A stretch of DNA of 26,478 nucleotides from a virus (Duplodnaviria; Heunggongvirae; Uroviricota; Caudoviricetes). Each line of letters begins with the position of its first letter. Positions within the stretch are counted from its first letter, which is position 1. Position numbers and translations under genes: made by a program. The DNA is taken from the IMG/VR virus record IMGVR_UViG_2721755724_000002; one strand, 5' to 3'. Below the pieces are notes generated by a model. The model saw only the letters and a program-made list of their open reading frames with translations, searched no databases and was not told the origin of the DNA. Below, in pieces: positions 25,243 through 26,478 of this stretch.

Positions 25243-26478
25243 ATGTCTAAATTACCAACAGGTGTCGAGATTAGAGGTAGAAACATTCGCATCTGGTTCA
25301 TGTTTCGAGGAAAACGATGTCGGGAAACATTAAAAGGCTGGGAGATTACAAACAGTAATATTAAAAAAGCCGGAAATTTAAGAGCGCTGATAGTTCATGA
25401 AATAAACTCCGGTGAATTTGAGTATTTAAGACGTTTTCCCCAGTCCAGCACTGGGGCAAAAATGGTGACAACGAGAGTCATAAAAACGTTCGGGGAGCTT
25501 TGTGATATCTGGACAAAAATTAAAGAGACAGAGTTAACAACAAACACAATGAAGAAAACGAAATCACAATTAAAAACACTCAGAATAATAATTTGTGAAA
25601 GTACCCCGATATCATATATTCGTTATAGCGATATCTTAAACTACCGGAATGAACTGCTGCATGGAGAAACGCTTTACCTGGATAATCCAAGATCCAACAA
25701 AAAAGGAAGAACCGTGCGCACAGTTGATAACTATATCGCCCTGCTCTGTTCGCTGTTACGTTTTGCGTATCAGTCGGGATTTATATCAACCAAACCATTT
25801 GAAGGAGTAAAAAAATTACAGCGAAACAGAATAAAGCCTGACCCGTTATCTAAAACAGAATTCAATGCATTAATGGAAAGTGAAAAAGGACAGAGCCAAA
25901 ACTTGTGGAAATTTGCCGTTTACTCCGGGCTTCGTCACGGGGAACTGGCAGCTCTGGCGTGGGAGGATGTGGATTTCGAGAAGGGAATTGTGAATGTCAG
26001 AAGAAACCTGACGATACTTGATATGTTCGGTCCCCCAAAAACAAATGCCGGGATCCGGACGATAACATTACTACAGCCAGCTCTTGAAGCACTGAAGGAG
26101 CAATACAAACTGACCGGGCATCATCGCAAAAGCGAAATCACTTTTTATCATCGGGAGTACGGCAGAACCGAAAAGCAAAAACTGCATTTTGTTTTCATGC
26201 CCAGGATGTGTAACGGAAAACAGAAACCTTATTACTCGGTAAGCAGTTTGGGTGCGAGATGGAATGCAGCAGTAAAACGTGCTGGTATTCGCCGCCGTAA
26301 TCCGTACCATACGCGACATACTTTTGCCTGCTGGCTGTTGACGGCAGGAGCGAACCCGGCATTTATAGCCAGCCAGATGGGGCATGAAACTGCGCAGATG
26401 GTGTATGAAATTTACGGTATGTGGATTGATGACATGAACGACGAACAGGTAGCTATGTTGAATGCGCGGTTATCGTAG
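25243..26478 (+). CDS. intR: Tyrosine-type site-specific integrase
   Basis: 411-aa ORF ending with TAG at the window edge; C-terminal catalytic region with conserved R (GLRHGELAALAW), H-x-x-R (YHTRHTFACWLL) and downstream Tyr; follows the excisionase as in Rac. Confidence 0.9.
   Translation: MSKLPTGVEIRGRNIRIWFMFRGKRCRETLKGWEITNSNIKKAGNLRALIVHEINSGEFEYLRRFPQSSTGAKMVTTRVIKTFGELCDIWTKIKETELTTNTMKKTKSQLKTLRIIICESTPISYIRYSDILNYRNELLHGETLYLDNPRSNKKGRTVRTVDNYIALLCSLLRFAYQSGFISTKPFEGVKKLQRNRIKPDPLSKTEFNALMESEKGQSQNLWKFAVYSGLRHGELAALAWEDVDFEKGIVNVRRNLTILDMFGPPKTNAGIRTITLLQPALEALKEQYKLTGHHRKSEITFYHREYGRTEKQKLHFVFMPRMCNGKQKPYYSVSSLGARWNAAVKRAGIRRRNPYHTRHTFACWLLTAGANPAFIASQMGHETAQMVYEIYGMWIDDMNDEQVAMLNARLS

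Overview
This window is most of a Rac-like cryptic lambdoid prophage of E. coli, read right-to-left relative to the usual Rac map, and more complete than the K-12 copy. Gene identities are from recalled protein similarity and motifs visible in the supplied translations; no database search was run. The track uses TTG/GTG as well as ATG starts, so several starts were re-chosen by ATG plus Shine-Dalgarno. From the right: intR, xisR, ydaC, ralR, recT, recE, racC, ydaE, kilR, sieB, small genes, racR/ydaS/ydaT immunity-toxin module, ydaU/ydaV replication genes, two phage genes, an AT-rich cargo block, hok/mok, nin-region genes, a Q-like antiterminator, two tRNAs, a phage-21-type lysis cassette and trkG. 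The prophage then ends at a ParB-like gene fragment fused to a truncated sitB next to intact sitA; no head or tail genes are present. The main candidate for something new is the AT-rich cargo block (about 8.2-14.6 kb): a membrane-anchored 534-aa protein and an 853-aa protein with a Mrr-like nuclease pattern plus a STAND-type P-loop, separated by a decayed IS30-family element. I read this as a probable antiphage defence cargo but could not assign it to a named system.
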